From: Heptranchias perlo
Lineage: Eukaryota
Direction of reading: 5' to 3'
Assembly (NCBI RefSeq): GCF_035084215.1
Contig: NW_027139653.1
Span: 1 to 64,000 of the forward strand
DNA length: 64,000 nucleotides
Below the pieces are notes generated by a model that saw nothing but the letters and a program-made list of their open reading frames with translations, did not search any database and was not told the origin of the DNA. Shown one piece after another: positions 1 to 14,514 of this stretch (position 1 is the first letter of the stretch; the number at the start of each line of letters is the position of its first letter). Made by a program: the position numbers and the translations under genes.

Positions 1-268
1 CCCCCTCTCCCTCCCTCCCTCCCACTCTCACATACACACTCACTCCCCCCTCTCCCTCCCTCCCTCCCACTCTCACATACACACTCACTCCCCCCTCTCC
101 CTCCCTCCCTCCCACTCTCACATACACACTCACTCCCCCCTCTCCCTCCCTCCCTCCCTCCCACTCTCTCACACACACTCACTCCCCCCTCTCCCTCCCT
201 CCCTCCCACTCTCACATACACACTCACTCCCCCCTCTCCCTCCCTCCCTCCCACTCTCTCATACACAC
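1..268. repeat. ~45-bp pyrimidine/CA-rich tandem repeat running into an assembly gap
   Basis: About 6 copies of CCCCCTCTCCCTCCCTCCCTCCCACTCTCACATACACACTCACT. Confidence 0.9.
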
Positions 269-505
269 NNNNNNNNNNNNNNNNNNNNNNNNNNNNNNNN
301 NNNNNNNNNNNNNNNNNNNNNNNNNNNNNNNNNNNNNNNNNNNNNNNNNNNNNNNNNNNNNNNNNNNNNNNNNNNNNNNNNNNNNNNNNNNNNNNNNNNN
401 NNNNNNNNNNNNNNNNNNNNNNNNNNNNNNNNNNNNNNNNNNNNNNNNNNNNNNNNNNNNNNNNNNNNNNNNNNNNNNNNNNNNNNNNNNNNNNNNNNNN
501 NNNNN
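269..505. other. Assembly gap (237 N)
   Basis: Run of N. Confidence 1.
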
Positions 506-679
506 CTCACCGTCAGTCTCTCACACACACAATCTCACACTCGCTCAATCTCACACTCACATCCACTGTCACAATCTCACACTGACTCACACACACAGTC
601 GCACACTCACTCGCACACACTCACTCACTCTCACACACTCAGTCAGTCTCAGACCTTCTCCCTCTGAACAACCGTCTCC

Positions 680-3041
680 CTCCCCCTCACCTGTCCTCCT
701 CTCTCTCCCTCACCTGTCCTCCTCTCTCTCCCCCTCACCTGTCCTCCTCTCTCTCCCCCTCACCTGTCCTCCTCTCTCTCCCCCTCACCTGTCCTCCTCT
801 CTCTCTCCCCCTCACCTGTCCTCCCCTCTCTCTCCTCACCTGTCCTCCTCTCTCTCCCCCTCACCTGTCCTCCTCTCTCTCCCCCTCACCTGTCCTCCTC
901 TCTCTCCCCCTCACCTGTCCTCTCTCTCTCTCCCCCTCACCTGTCCTCCTCTCTCTCCCCCTCACCTGTCCTCCTCTCTCTCCCACTCACCTGTCCTCCT
1001 CTCTCTGCCCCTCACCTGTCCTCCTCTCTCTCTCCCTCACCTGTCCTCCTCTCTCTCCCCCTCACCTGTCCTCCTCTCTCTCTCCCCCTCACCTGTCCTC
1101 CTCTCTCTCCCCCTCACCTGTCCTCCTCTCTCTCCCCCTCACCTGTCCTCTCTCTCTCCCCCTCACCTGTCCTCCTCTCCCCCCTCACCTGTCCTCCTCT
1201 CTCTCCCCCTCACCTGTCCTCCTCTCTCTCCCCCTCACCTGTCCTCCTCTCTCTCCCCCTCACCTGTCCTCCTCTCTCTCTCCCCCTCACCTGTCCTCCT
1301 CTCTCTCCCCCTCACCTGTCCTCCTCTCTCTCCCCCTCACCTGTCCTCCTCTCTCTCTCCCCCTCACTTGTCCTCCTCTCTCTCCCCCTCACCTGTCCTC
1401 CTCTCTCTCTCCCCCTCACCTGTCCTCTCTCTCTCCCCCTCACCTGTCCTCCTCTCTCTCCCCCTCACCTGTCCTCCTCTCTCTCCCCCTCACCTGTCCT
1501 CCTCTCTCTCCCCCTCACCTGTCCTCTCTCTCTCCCCCTCACCTGTCCTCCTCTCTCTCCCCCTCACCTGTCCTCCTCTCTCTCTCCCCCTCACCTGTCC
1601 TCCTCTCTCTCCCCCTCACCTGTCCTCCTCTCTCTCCCCCTCACCTGTCCTCCTCTCTCTCCCCCTCACCTGTCCTCCTCTCTCTCTCCTCACCTGTCCT
1701 CCTCTCTCTCCCCCTCACCTGTCCTCCTCTCTCTCCCCCTCACCTGTCCTCCTCTCTCTCTCCCTCACCTGTCCTCCTCTCTCTCCCCCTCACCTGTCCT
1801 CCTCTCTCTCCCCCTCACCTGTCCTCCTCTCTCCCCCTCACCTGTCCTCCTCTCTCTCCCCCTCACCTGTCCTCCTCTCTCTCCCCCTCACCTGTCCTCC
1901 TCTCTCTCCCCCTCACCTGTCCTCCTCTCTCCCCCTCACCTGTCCTCCTCTCTCTCCCCCTCACCTGTCCTCCTCTCTCTCTCCCCCTCACCTGTCCTCC
2001 TCTCTCTCCCCCTCACCTGTCCTCCTCTCTCTCCCCCTCACCTGTCCTCCTCTCTCTCCCCCTCACCTGTCCTCCTCTCTCTCCCCCTCACCTGTCCTCC
2101 TCTCTCTCCCCCTCACCTGTCCTCCTCTCTCTCCCCCTCACCTGTCCTCCTCTCTCTCCCCCTCACCTGTCCTCCTCTCTCTCTCCTCACCTGTCCTCCT
2201 CTCTCTCCCCCTCACCTGTCCTCCTCTCTCTCCCCCTCACCTGTCCTCCTCTCTCTCTCCTCACCTGTCCTCTCTCTCTCCCCCTCACCTGTCCTCCTCT
2301 CTCTCCCCCTCACCTGTCCTCCTCTCTCTCTCCCCCTCACCTGTCCTCCTCTCTCTCCCCCTCACCTGTCCTCCTCTCTCTCCCCCTCACCTGTCCTCCT
2401 CTCTCTCCCCCTCACCTGTCCTCCTCTCTCCCCCTCACCTGTCCTCCTCTCTCTCCCCCTCACCTGTCCTCCTCTCTCTCTCCTCACCTGTCCTCTCTCT
2501 CTCCCCCTCACCTGTCCTCCTCTCTCTCCCCCTCACCTGTCCTCCTCTCTCTCTCCCCCTCACCTGTCCTCCTCTCTCTCCCCCTCACCTGTCCTCCTCT
2601 CTCTCCCCCTCACCTGTCCTCCTCTCTCTCCCCCTCACCTGTCCTCCTCTCTCCCCCTCACCTGTCCTCCTCTCTCTCCCCCTCACCTGTCCTCCTCTCT
2701 CTCTCCTCACCTGTCCTCCTCTCTCCCCCTCACCTGTCCTCCTCTCTCTCCCCCTCACCTGTCCTCCTCTCTCTCTCCTCACCTGTCCTCTCTCTCTCCC
2801 CCTCACCTGTCCTCCTCTCTCTCCCCCTCACCTGTCCTCCTCTCTCTCTCCCCCTCACCTGTCCTCCTCTCTCTCCCCCTCACCTGTCCTCCTCTCTCTC
2901 CCCCTCACCTGTCCTCCTCTCTCCCCCTCACCTGTCCTCCTCTCTCTCTCTCTCCTCTCTCTCTTTCTCCTTCTCCCTCTCCCCCTCACCTGTCCTCCTC
3001 TCTCTCTCTCTCCTCTCTCTCTTTCTCCTTCTCTCTCTCTC
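680..3041. repeat. 25-bp polypyrimidine minisatellite (roughly 95 copies)
   Basis: Unit CCCCTCACCTGTCCTCCTCTCTCTC with 23-27 bp variants from (CT)n slippage. Confidence 0.97.
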
Positions 3042-3070
3042 CGTGACGGAGCCTCTGACCGTCTCCCCAG

Positions 3071-3121
3071 AGTGCACCGGGGCCGCGGGCGGACCGCTTT
3101 CCGAGCCGCGCGGCCTTGTGG
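3071..3121 (+). CDS. Candidate 51-nt internal exon of an unidentified upstream gene
   Basis: Unique CpG-rich island between two minisatellites; CTGAC branch-like motif and TCTCCCCAG acceptor before it, G|GTAATG donor after it; 51 nt preserves frame (phase 1 reading xCTGAAGGPLSEPRGLV). Confidence 0.45.
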
Positions 3122-3128
3122 GTAATGA

Positions 3129-6100
3129 CCACCGCCATTGCTGCTCCCAGACTGACCAAAACACCAGACAGACAGGGGGGAATCCCACCATCAGTCACTG
3201 CACCCAGACTGACCAAAACACCAGACAGACAGGGGGGAATCTCACCATCAGTGACCGCTCCCAGAATGACCAAAACACCAGACAGACAGGGGGGAATCTC
3301 ACCATCAATCACCGCTCCCAGACTGACCAAAACACCAGACAGACAGGGGGGAATCTCACCATCAGTCACCGCTCCCAGACTGACCAAAACACCAGACAGA
3401 CAGAGGGGAATCTCACCATCAGTGACCGCTCCCAGACTGACCAAAACACCAGACAGACAGGGGGGAATCTCACCATCAGTCACCGCTCCCAGACTGACCA
3501 AAACACCAGACAGACAGAGTGGAATCTCACCATCAGTGACCGCTCCCAGACTGACCAAAACACCAGACAGACAGGGGGGAATCTCACCATCAGTGACCGC
3601 TCCCAGACTGACCAAAACACCAGACAGACAGGGGGAATCTCACCATCAATCACCGCTCCCAGACTGACCAAAACACCAGACAGACAGGGGGGAATCTCAC
3701 CATCAGTCACCGCTCCCAGACTGACCAAAACACCAGACAGACAGAGGGGAATCTAACCATCAGTCACCGCTCCCAGACTGACCAAAACACCAGACAGACA
3801 GGGGGGAATCTCACCATCAGTGACCGCTCCCAGACTGACCAAAACACCAGACAGACAGGGGGGAATCTCACCATCAGTGACCGCTCCCAGACTGACCAAA
3901 ACACCAGACAGACAGGGGGGAATCTCACCATCAGTGACCGCTCCCAGACTGACCAAAACACCAGACAGACAGGGGGGAATCTCACCATCAGTGAACGCTC
4001 CCAGACTGACCAAAACACCAGACAGACAGAGGGGAATCTCACCATCAGTGACCGCTCCCAGACTGACCAAAACACCAGACAGACAGGGGGAATCTCACCA
4101 TCAATCACCTCTCCCAGACTGACCAAAACACCAGACAGACAGGGGGAATCTCACCATCAATCACCGCTCCCAGACTGACCAAAACACCAGACAGACAGGG
4201 GGGAATCTCACCATCAGTCACCGCTCCCAGACTGACCAAAACACCAGACAGACAGGGGGAATCCCACCGTCAATCACCGCTCCCAGACTGACCAAAACAC
4301 CAGACAGACAGGGGGGAATCTCACCATCAGTGACCGCTCCCAGACTGACCAAAACACCAGACAGACAGGGGGGGAATCTCACCATCAGTCACCGCTCCCA
4401 GACTGACCAAAACACCAGACAGACAGGGGGTATCTCACCATCAGTCACCGCTCCCAGACTGACCAAAACACCAGACAGACAGAGGGGGAATCTCACCATC
4501 AGAGACCGCTCCCAGATTGACCAAAACACCAGACAGACAGAGGGGGGAATCTCACCATCAGTGACCGCTCCCAGACTGACCAAAACACCAGACAGACAGA
4601 GGGGAATCCCACCATCAATCACCGCTCCCAGACTGACCAAAACACCAGACAGACAGAGGGGAATCTCACCATCAGTCACCGCTCCCAGACTGACCAAAAC
4701 ACCAGACAGACAGAGGGGAATCTCACCATCAGTCACCGCTCCCAGACTGACCAAAACACCAGACAGACAGGGGGGAATCTCACCATCAGTGACCGCTCCC
4801 AGACTGACCAAAACAATAGACATACAGAGGGGAATCCCACCATCAGTCACCGCTCCCAGACTGACCAAAACACAAGACAGACAGAGGGGAATCCCACCAT
4901 CAGTCACCGCTCCCAGACTGACCAAAACACCAGACAGACAGGGGGGAATCTCACCATCAGTCACCGCTCCCAGACTGACCAAAACACCAGACAGACAGAG
5001 GGGAATCTCACCATCAGTGACCGCTCCCAGACTGACCAAAACACCAGACAGACAGAGGGGAATCTCACCATCAATCACCGCTCCCAGACTGACCAAAACA
5101 CCAGACAGACAGGGGGGAATCTCACCATCAGTGACCGCTCCCAGACTGACCAAAACACCAGACAGACAGGGGGGAATCTCACCATCAATCACCGCTCCCA
5201 GACTGACCAAAACACCAGACAGACAGGGGGGAATCTCACCATCAGTGACCGCTCCCAGACTGACCAAAACACCAGACAGACAGAGGGGAATCTCACCATC
5301 AATCACCGCTCCCAGACTGACCAAAACACCAGACAGACAGGGGGGAATCTCACCATCAGTCACCGCTCCCAGACTGACCAAAACACCAGACAGACAGGGG
5401 GGAATCTCACCATCAATCACTGCTCCCAGACTGACCAAAACACCAGACAGACAGGGGGGAATCTCACCATCAGTGACCGCTCCCAGACTGACCAAAACAC
5501 CAGACAGACAGAGGGGAATCTTACCATCAATCACCGCTCCCAGACTGACCAAAACACCAGACAGACAGGGGGGAATCTCACCATCAGTCACCGCTCCCAG
5601 ACTGACCAAAACACCAGACAGACAGGGGGGAATCTCACCATCAGTCACCGCTCCCAGACTGACCAAAACACCAGACAGACAGAGGGGGAATCTCACCATC
5701 AGTCACCGCTCCCAGACTGACCAAAACACCAGACAGACAGAGGGGAATCTCACCATCAGTCACCGCTCCCAGACTGACCAAAACACCAGACAGACAGGGG
5801 GGAATCTCACCATCAGTCACCGCTCCCAGACTGACCAAAACACCAGACAGACAGAGGGGAATCCCACCATCAGTCACCGCTCCCAGACTGACCAAAACAC
5901 AAGACAGACAGAGGGGAATCCCACCATCAGTCACCGCTCCCAGACTGACCAAAACACCAGACAGACAGGGGGGAATCTCACCATCAGTCACCGCTCCCAG
6001 ACTGACCAAAACACCAGACAGACAGAGGGGAATCTCACCATCAGTGACCGCTCCCAGACTGACCAAAACACCAGACAGACAGAGGGGAATCTCACCATCA

Positions 6101-9100
6101 ATCACCGCTCCCAGACTGACCAAAACACCAGACAGACAGGGGGGAATCTCACCATCAGTGACCGCTCCCAGACTGACCAAAACACCAGACAGACAGGGGG
6201 GAATCTCACCATCAATCACCGCTCCCAGACTGACCAAAACACCAGACAGACAGGGGGGAATCTCACCATCAGTGACCGCTCCCAGACTGACCAAAACACC
6301 AGACAGACAGAGGGGAATCTCACAATCAATCACCGCTCCCAGACTGACCAAAACACCAGACAGACAGGGGGGAATCTCACCATCAGTCACCGCTCCCAGA
6401 CTGACCAAAACACCTGACAGACAGGGGGGAATCTCACCATCAATCACTGCTCCCAGACTGACCAAAACACCAGACAGACAGGGGGGAATCTCACCATCAG
6501 TGACCGCTCCCAGACTGACCAAAACACCAGACAGACAGAGGGGAATCTCACCATCAATCACCGCTCCCAGACTGACCAAAACACCAGACAGACAGGGGGG
6601 AATCTCACCATCAGTCACCGCTCCCAGACTGACCAAAACACCAGACAGACAGGGGGGAATCTCACCATCAATCACTGCTCCCAGACTGACCAAAACACCA
6701 GACAGACAGGGGGAATCTCACTATCAATCACCGCTCCCAGACTGACCAAAACACCAGAGAGACAGGGGGTATCTCACCATCAGTGACCGCTCCCAGACTG
6801 ACCAAAACACCAGACAGACAGGGGGGAATCTCACCATCAGTCACCGCTCCCAGACTGACCAAAACACCAGACAGACAGAGGGGAATCTCACCATCTGTCA
6901 CCGCTCCCAGACTGACCAAAACACCAGACAGACAGAGGGGAATCTCACCATCAGTGACCGCTCCAAGACTGACCAAAACACCAGACAGACAGGGGGGAAT
7001 CCCACCATCAATCACCGCTCCCGGACTGACCAAAACACCAGACAGACAGAGGGGAATCTCACCATCAGTCACCGCTCCCCGACTGACCAAAACACGAGAC
7101 AGACAGAGGGGAATCTCACCATCAGTGACCGCTCCAAGACTGACCAAAACACCAGACAGACAGGGGGGAATCCCACCATCAATCACCGCTCCCAGACTGA
7201 CCAAAACACCAGACAGACAGAGGGGAATCTCACCATCAGTCACCGCTCCCCGAGGGACCAAAACACGAGACAGACAGAGGGGAATCCCACCATCAGTGAC
7301 CGCTCCCAGACTGACCAAAACACCAGACAGACAGAGGGGGACTCTCACCATCAGTGACCGCTCCCAGACTGACCAAAACACCAGACAGACAGGGGGAATC
7401 TCACCATCAGACACCGCTCCCAGACTGACCAAAGCAGCAGTCAGACAGGGGGGAATCCCACCATCAATCACCGCTCCCAGTCTGACCAAAACACCAGACA
7501 GACAGAGGGGAATCTCACCATGAATCACCGCTCCCAGACTGACCAAAACACCAGACAGACAGAGGGGAATCCCACCATCAATCACCGCTCCCAGACTGAC
7601 CAAAACACCAGACAGACAGGGGGGAATCTCACCATCATTGACCGCTCCCAGACTGACCAAAACACCAGACAGACAGAGGGGAATCTCACCATCAGTGACC
7701 GCTCACAGACTGACCAAAACACCAGACAGACAGGGGGGAATCTCACCATCAGTCACCGCTCACAGACTGACCAAAACACCAGACAGACAGGGGGAATCCC
7801 ACCATCAGTGACCGCTCCCAGACTGACCAAAACACCAGACAGACAGAGGGGAATCCCACCATCAGTGACCGCTCCCAGACTGACCAAAACACCAGACAGA
7901 CAGAGGGGGAATCTCACCATCAGTCACCGCTCCCAGACTGACCAAAACACCAGACAGACAGGGGGGAATCTCACCATCAGTCACCGCTCCCAGACTGACC
8001 AAAACACCAGACAGACAGGGGGGAATCTCACCATCAATCACCGCTCCCAGACTGACCAAAACACCAGACAGACAGGGGGGAATCTCACCATCAATCACCG
8101 CTCCCAGACTGACCAAAACACCAGACAGAAGGCGGGGAATCTCAACATCAGTGACCGCTCCCAGACTGACCAAAACACCAGAGAGACAGAGGGGAATCTC
8201 ACCATCAGTCACCGCTCCCAGACTGACCAAAACACCAGACAGACAGGGGGGAATCTCACCATCAGTGACCGCTCCCAGACTGACCAAAACACCAGACAGA
8301 CAGAGGGGAATCTCACCATCAGTGACTGCTCCCAGACTGACCAAAACACCAGACAGACACAGGGGGGAATCTCACCATCAGTCACCACTCCCAGACAGAC
8401 CAAAACACCAGACAGACAGAGGGGAATCCCGCCATCAGTGACCGCTCCCAGACTGACAAAAACACCAGACAGACAGGGGGAATCTCACCATCAGACACCG
8501 CTCCCAGACTGACCAAAGCAGCAGTCAGACAGGGGGGAATCCCACCATCAATCACCGCTCCCAGACTGACCAAAACACCAGACAGACAGAGGGGAATCTC
8601 ACCATCAATCACCGCTCCCAGACTGACCAAAACACCAGACAGACAGAGGGGAATCCCACCATCAATCACCGCTCCCAGACTCACCAAAACACCAGACAGA
8701 CAGGGGGTAATCTCACCATCAGACACCGCTCCCAGACTGACCAAAGCAGCAGTCAGACAGGGGGGAATCCCACCATCAATCACCGCTCCCAGACTGACCA
8801 AAACACCAGACAGACATAGGGGAATCCCACCATCAATCACCGCTCCCAGACTGACCAAACCACCAGACAGACAGAGGGGAATCTCACCATCAATCACCGC
8901 TCCCAGACTGACCAAACCACCAGACAGACAGAGGGGAATCTCACCATCAATCACCGCTCCCAGACTGACCAAAACACCAGACAGACAGGGGGGGAATCTC
9001 ACCATCAGTGACCGCTCCCAGACTGACCAAAACACCAGACAGACAGGGGGGAATCCCACCATCAATCACCGCTCCCAGACTGACCAAAACACCAGACAGA

Positions 9101-12100
9101 CAGGGGGGAATCTCACCATCAGTGACCGCTCCCAGACTGACCAAAACACCAGACAGACAGGGGGGAATCTCACCATCAATCACCGCTCCCAGACTGACCA
9201 AAACACCAGACAGACAGGGGGGAATCTCACCATCAGTGACCGCTCCCAGACTGACCAAAACACCAGACAGACAGGGGAGAATCCCACCATCAATCACCGC
9301 TCCCAGACTGACCAAAACACCAGACAGACAGGGGGGAATCTCACCATCAGTGACCGCTCCCAGACTGACCAAAACACCAGACAGACAGAGGGGAATCTCA
9401 CCATCATTCACCGCTCCCAGACTGACCAAAACACCAGACAGACAGGGGGGGAATCACACCATCAGTCACCGCTCACAGACTGACCAAAACACCAGACAGA
9501 CAGAGGGGAATCTCACCATCAATCTCCGCTCCCAGACTGACCAAAACACCAGACAGACAGAGGGGGAATCTCACCATCAGTGACCGCTCCCAGACTGACC
9601 AAAACACCAGACAGACAGGGGGGAATCTCACCATCAGTGACCGCTCCCAGACTGACCAAAACACCAGACAGACAGAGGGGAATCTCACCATCAGTGACCG
9701 CTCACAGACTGACCAAAACACCAGACAGACAGGGGGGAATCTCACCATCAGTCACCGCTCACAGACTGACCAAAACACCAGACAGACAGGGGGAATCCCA
9801 CCATCAGTGACCGCTCCCAGACTGACCAAAACACCAGACAGACAGAGGGGAATCCCACCATCAGTGACCGCTCCCAGACTGACCAAAACACCAGACAGAC
9901 AGAGGGGGAATCTCACCATCAGTCACCGCTCCCAGACTGACCAAAACACCAGACAGACAGGGGGGAATCTCACCATCAGTCACCGCTCCCAGACTGACCA
10001 AAACACCAGACAGACAGGGGGGAATCTCACCATCAATCACCGCTCCCAGACTGACCAAAACACCAGACAGACAGCGGGGAATCTCACCATCAGTGACCGC
10101 TCCCAGACTGAGCAAAACACCAGACAGACAGAGGGGAATCTCACCATCAATCACCGCTCCCAGACTGAGCAAAACACCAGACAGACAGTGGGGAATCTCA
10201 CGATCAATCACCGCTCCCAGACTGACCAAAACGCCAGACAGACAGAGGGGGAATCTGACCATCAGTCACCGCTCCCAGACTGACCAAAACACCAGAGAGA
10301 CAGAGGGGAATCTCACCATCAGTCACCGCTCCCAGACTGACCAAAACACTAGACAGACAGGGGGGAATCTCACCATCAGTGACCGCTCCCAGACTGACCA
10401 AAACACCAGACAGACAGAGGGGAATCTCACCATCAGTGACCACTCCCAGACAGACCAAAACACCAGACAGACAGAGGGGAATCCCGCCATCAGTGACCGC
10501 TCCCAGACTGACAAAAACACCAGACAGACAGGGGGAATCTCACCATCAGACACCGCTCCCAGACTGACCAAAGCAGCAGTCAGACAGGGGGGAATCCCAC
10601 CATCAATCACCGCTCCCAGACTGACCAAAACACCAGACAGACAGAGGTGAATCTCACCATCAATCACCGCTCCCAGACTGACCAAAACACCAGACAGACA
10701 GAGGGGAATCCCACCATCAATCACCGCTCCCAGACTCACCAAAACACCAGACAGACAGGGGGTAATCTCACCATCAGACACCGCTCCCAGACTGACCAAA
10801 GCAGCAGTCAGACAGGGGGGAATCCCACCATCAATCACCGCTCCCAGACTGACCAAAACACCAGACAGACATAGGGGAATCCCACCATCAATCACCGCTC
10901 CCAGACTGACCAAACCACCAGACAGACAGAGGGGAATCTCACCATCAATCACCGCTCCCAGACTGACCAAACCACCAGACAGACAGAGGGGAATCTCACC
11001 ATCAATCACCGCTCCCAGACTGACCAAAACACCAGACAGACAGGGGGGAATCTCACCATCAGTCACCGCTCCCAGACTGACCAAAACACCAGACAGACAG
11101 GGGGGAATCTCACCATCAATCACCGCTCCCAGACTGACCAAAACACCAGACAGACAGGGGGGAATCTCACCATCAGTGACCGCTCCCAGACTGACCAAAA
11201 CACCAGACAGACAGGGGAGAATCCCACCATCAATCACCGCTCCCAGACTGACCAAAACAGCAGACAGACAGGGGGGAATCTCACCATCAGTGACCGCTCC
11301 CAGACTGACCAAAACACCAGACAGACAGAGGGGAATCTCACCATCATTCACCGCTCCCAGACTGACCAAAACACCAGACAGACAGGGGGGGAATCACACC
11401 ATCAGTCACCGCTCACAGACTGACCAAAACACCAGACAGACAGAGGGGAATCTCACCATCAATCTCCGCTCCCAGACTGACCAAAACACCAGACAGACAG
11501 AGGGGGAATCTCACCATCAGTGACCGCTCCCAGACTGACCAAAACACCAGACAGACAGAGGGGAATCTCACCATCAATCACCGCTCCCAGACTGACCAAA
11601 ACACCAGACAGACAGAGGGGAATCTCACCATGAATCACCGCTCCCAGACTGACCAAAACACCAGACAGACAGGGGGGAATCTCACCATCAATCACCACTC
11701 CCAGACTGACCAAAACATCAGAGAGACAGGGGGGAATCTCACCATCAGTCACCGCTCCCAGACTGACCAAAACACCAGACAGACAGGGGGGAATCCCACC
11801 ATCAATCACCGCTCCCAGACTGACCAAAACACCAGACAGACAGGGGGGGAATCACACCATCAGTCACCGCTCCCAGACTGACCAAAACACCAGACAGACA
11901 GGGGGGAATCTCACCATCAGTCACCGCTCCCAGACTGACCAAAACACCAGACAGACAGAGGGGAATCTCACCATCAGTCACCGCTCCCAGACTGACCAAA
12001 ACACCAGACAGACAGGGGGGAATCTCACCATCAGTCACCGCTCCCAGACTGACCAAAACACCAGACAGACAGAGGAGAATCCCACCATCAGTCACCGCTC

Positions 12101-13965
12101 CCAGACTGACCAAAACACCAGACAGACAGAGGGGAATCTCACCATCAATCACCGCTCCCAGACTGACCAAAACACCAGACAGACAGGGGGGAATCTCACC
12201 ATCAATCACCGCTCCCAGACTGACCAAAACACCAGACAGACAGGGGGGAATCTCACCATCAATCACCGCTCCCAGACTGACCAAAACACCAGACAGACAG
12301 GGGGGAATCTCACCATCAGTCACCGCTCCCAGACTGACCAAAACACCAGACAGACAGGGGGGAATCTCACCATCAATCACCGCTCCCAGACTGACCAAAA
12401 CACCAGACAGACAGAGGGGAATCTCACCATCAATCACCGCTCCCAGACTGACCAAAACACCAGACAGACAGGGGGGAATCTCACCATCAGTCACCGCTCC
12501 CAGACTGACCAAAACACCAGACAGACAGGGGGGAATCTCACCATTAATCACCGCTCCCAGACTGACCAAAACACCAGACAGACAGGGGGGAATCTCACCA
12601 TCAGTCACCGCTCCCAGACTGACCAAAACACCAGACAGACAGAGGGGAATCTCACCATCAATCACCGCTCCCAGACTGACCAAAACACCAGACAGACAGG
12701 GGGGTATCCCACCATCAGTGACCGCTCCCAGACTGACCAAAACACCAGACAGACAGGGGGGAATCCCACCATCAGTCACCGCTCCCAGACTGACCAAAAC
12801 ACCAGACAGACAGAGGGGAATCTCACCATCAATCACCGCTCCCAGACTGACCAAAACACCAGACAGACAGGGGGGAATCTCACCATCAATCACCGCTCCC
12901 AGACTGACCAAAACACCAGACACACAGGGGGGAATCTCACCATCAGTCACCGCTCCCAGACTGACCAAAACACCAGACAGACAGAGGGGAATCTCACCAT
13001 CAATCACCGCTCCCAGACTGACCAAAACACCAGACAGACAGGGGGGAATCTCACCATCAATCACCGCTCCCAGACTGACCAAAACACCAGACAGACAGAG
13101 GGGAATCTCACCATCAGTCACCGCTCCCAGACTGACCAAAACACCAGACAGACAGAGGGGAATCTCACCATCAGTCACCGCTCCCAGACTGACCAAAACA
13201 CCAGACAGGGGGGAATCTCACCATCAATCACCTGTCCCAGACTGACCAAAACACCAGACAGACAGGGGGGGAATCCCACCGTCAGTGACCGCTCCCAGAC
13301 TGACCAAAACACCAGACAGACAGGGGGGAATCTCACCATCAGTCACCGCTCCCAGACTGACCAAAACACCAGACAGACAGGGGGGAATCTCACCATCAAT
13401 CACCTGTCCCAGACTGACCAAAACACCAGACAGACAGGGGGGGAATCCCACCATCAATCACCGCTCCCAGACTGACCAAAACACCAGACAGACAGGGGGG
13501 AATCTCACCATCAATCACCGCTCCCAGACTGACCAAAACACCAGACAGACAGAGGGGAATCTCACCATCAGTCAACGCTCCCAGACTGACCAAAACACCA
13601 GACAGACAGAGGGGAATCTCACCATCAGTCACCGCTCCCAGACTGACCAAAACACCAGACAGGGGGGAATCTCACCATCAATCACCTGTCCCAGACTGAC
13701 CAAAACACCAGACAGACAGGGGGGGAATCCCACCGTCAGTGACCGCTCCCAGACTGACCAAAACACCAGACAGACAGGGGGGAATCTCACCATCAGTCAC
13801 CGCTCCCAGACTGACCAAAACACCAGACAGACAGGGGGGAATCTCACCATCAATCACCTGTCCCAGACTGACCAAAACACCAGACAGACAGGGGGGGAAT
13901 CCCACCATCAATCACCGCTCCCAGACTGACCAAAACACCAGACAGACAGGGGGGAATCCCACCAT
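3129..13965. repeat. 57-bp minisatellite, about 190 copies, with higher-order blocks
   Basis: Unit ACCGCTCCCAGACTGACCAAAACACCAGACAGACAGGGGGGAATCTCACCATCAGTC; accounts for all repetitive ORFs in this interval. Confidence 0.98.
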
Positions 13966-14514
13966 TGATCAGCCGGGATGCGCTGTGAAGCTTATATCGC
14001 TTTCATGCCTCGATCTTCCGTGAATATCCAAGTGGAATTGGATGAGAGAGAAAAGAGAATCCAGTTCCCGATCAAGAGACATTATTATCCGGGAAGTGTC
14101 CAGTTCCCCCATCGATTCCCCGTTACATTTGAGACTGATGGGCTTCCATGAGGAATTGTCACTTGGCCCAGGTTGTTCTTCAGCAGCTCGAATTCCATTC
14201 CACGCAGAGATTCTTTTTACAGAGAAAACTGTAAAATACTTTTAGTTTCAGGAAAATCAACAAGTTCCCACAAAGTAAATGCGCGACCCACAGGGCTGAT
14301 TGGAGAGGAATCAGTGGGTGATTGAAACTCACAGCTCAGCAAGGAGTCTTTCCCCTTCTGAGTGTCAGAGAATTGTCCCCCAACAGCCCGTGACTTTCCA
14401 TCTATTTCAATTAACGATCATAAAATCATGGACTGGAATGTGTAATTTCCTAATGTGCCCCCTCTCCCCCCACAACCTGCTTCCCCCCCAGTCCAGGGGC
14501 GCTGATCGCCGAGG

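Noticed and set aside
1368-3125. 585-aa Ser/Pro/Leu-rich ORF
   Set aside because: Translation of a polypyrimidine minisatellite that cannot form stop codons.
3129-13965. Long ORFs (up to 695 aa) with 19-aa repeats; superficially CRISPR-like regularity
   Set aside because: The 57-bp unit is a multiple of three and stop-free in several frames on both strands, G-run indels shift frames freely, and there are no unique spacers or cas genes.
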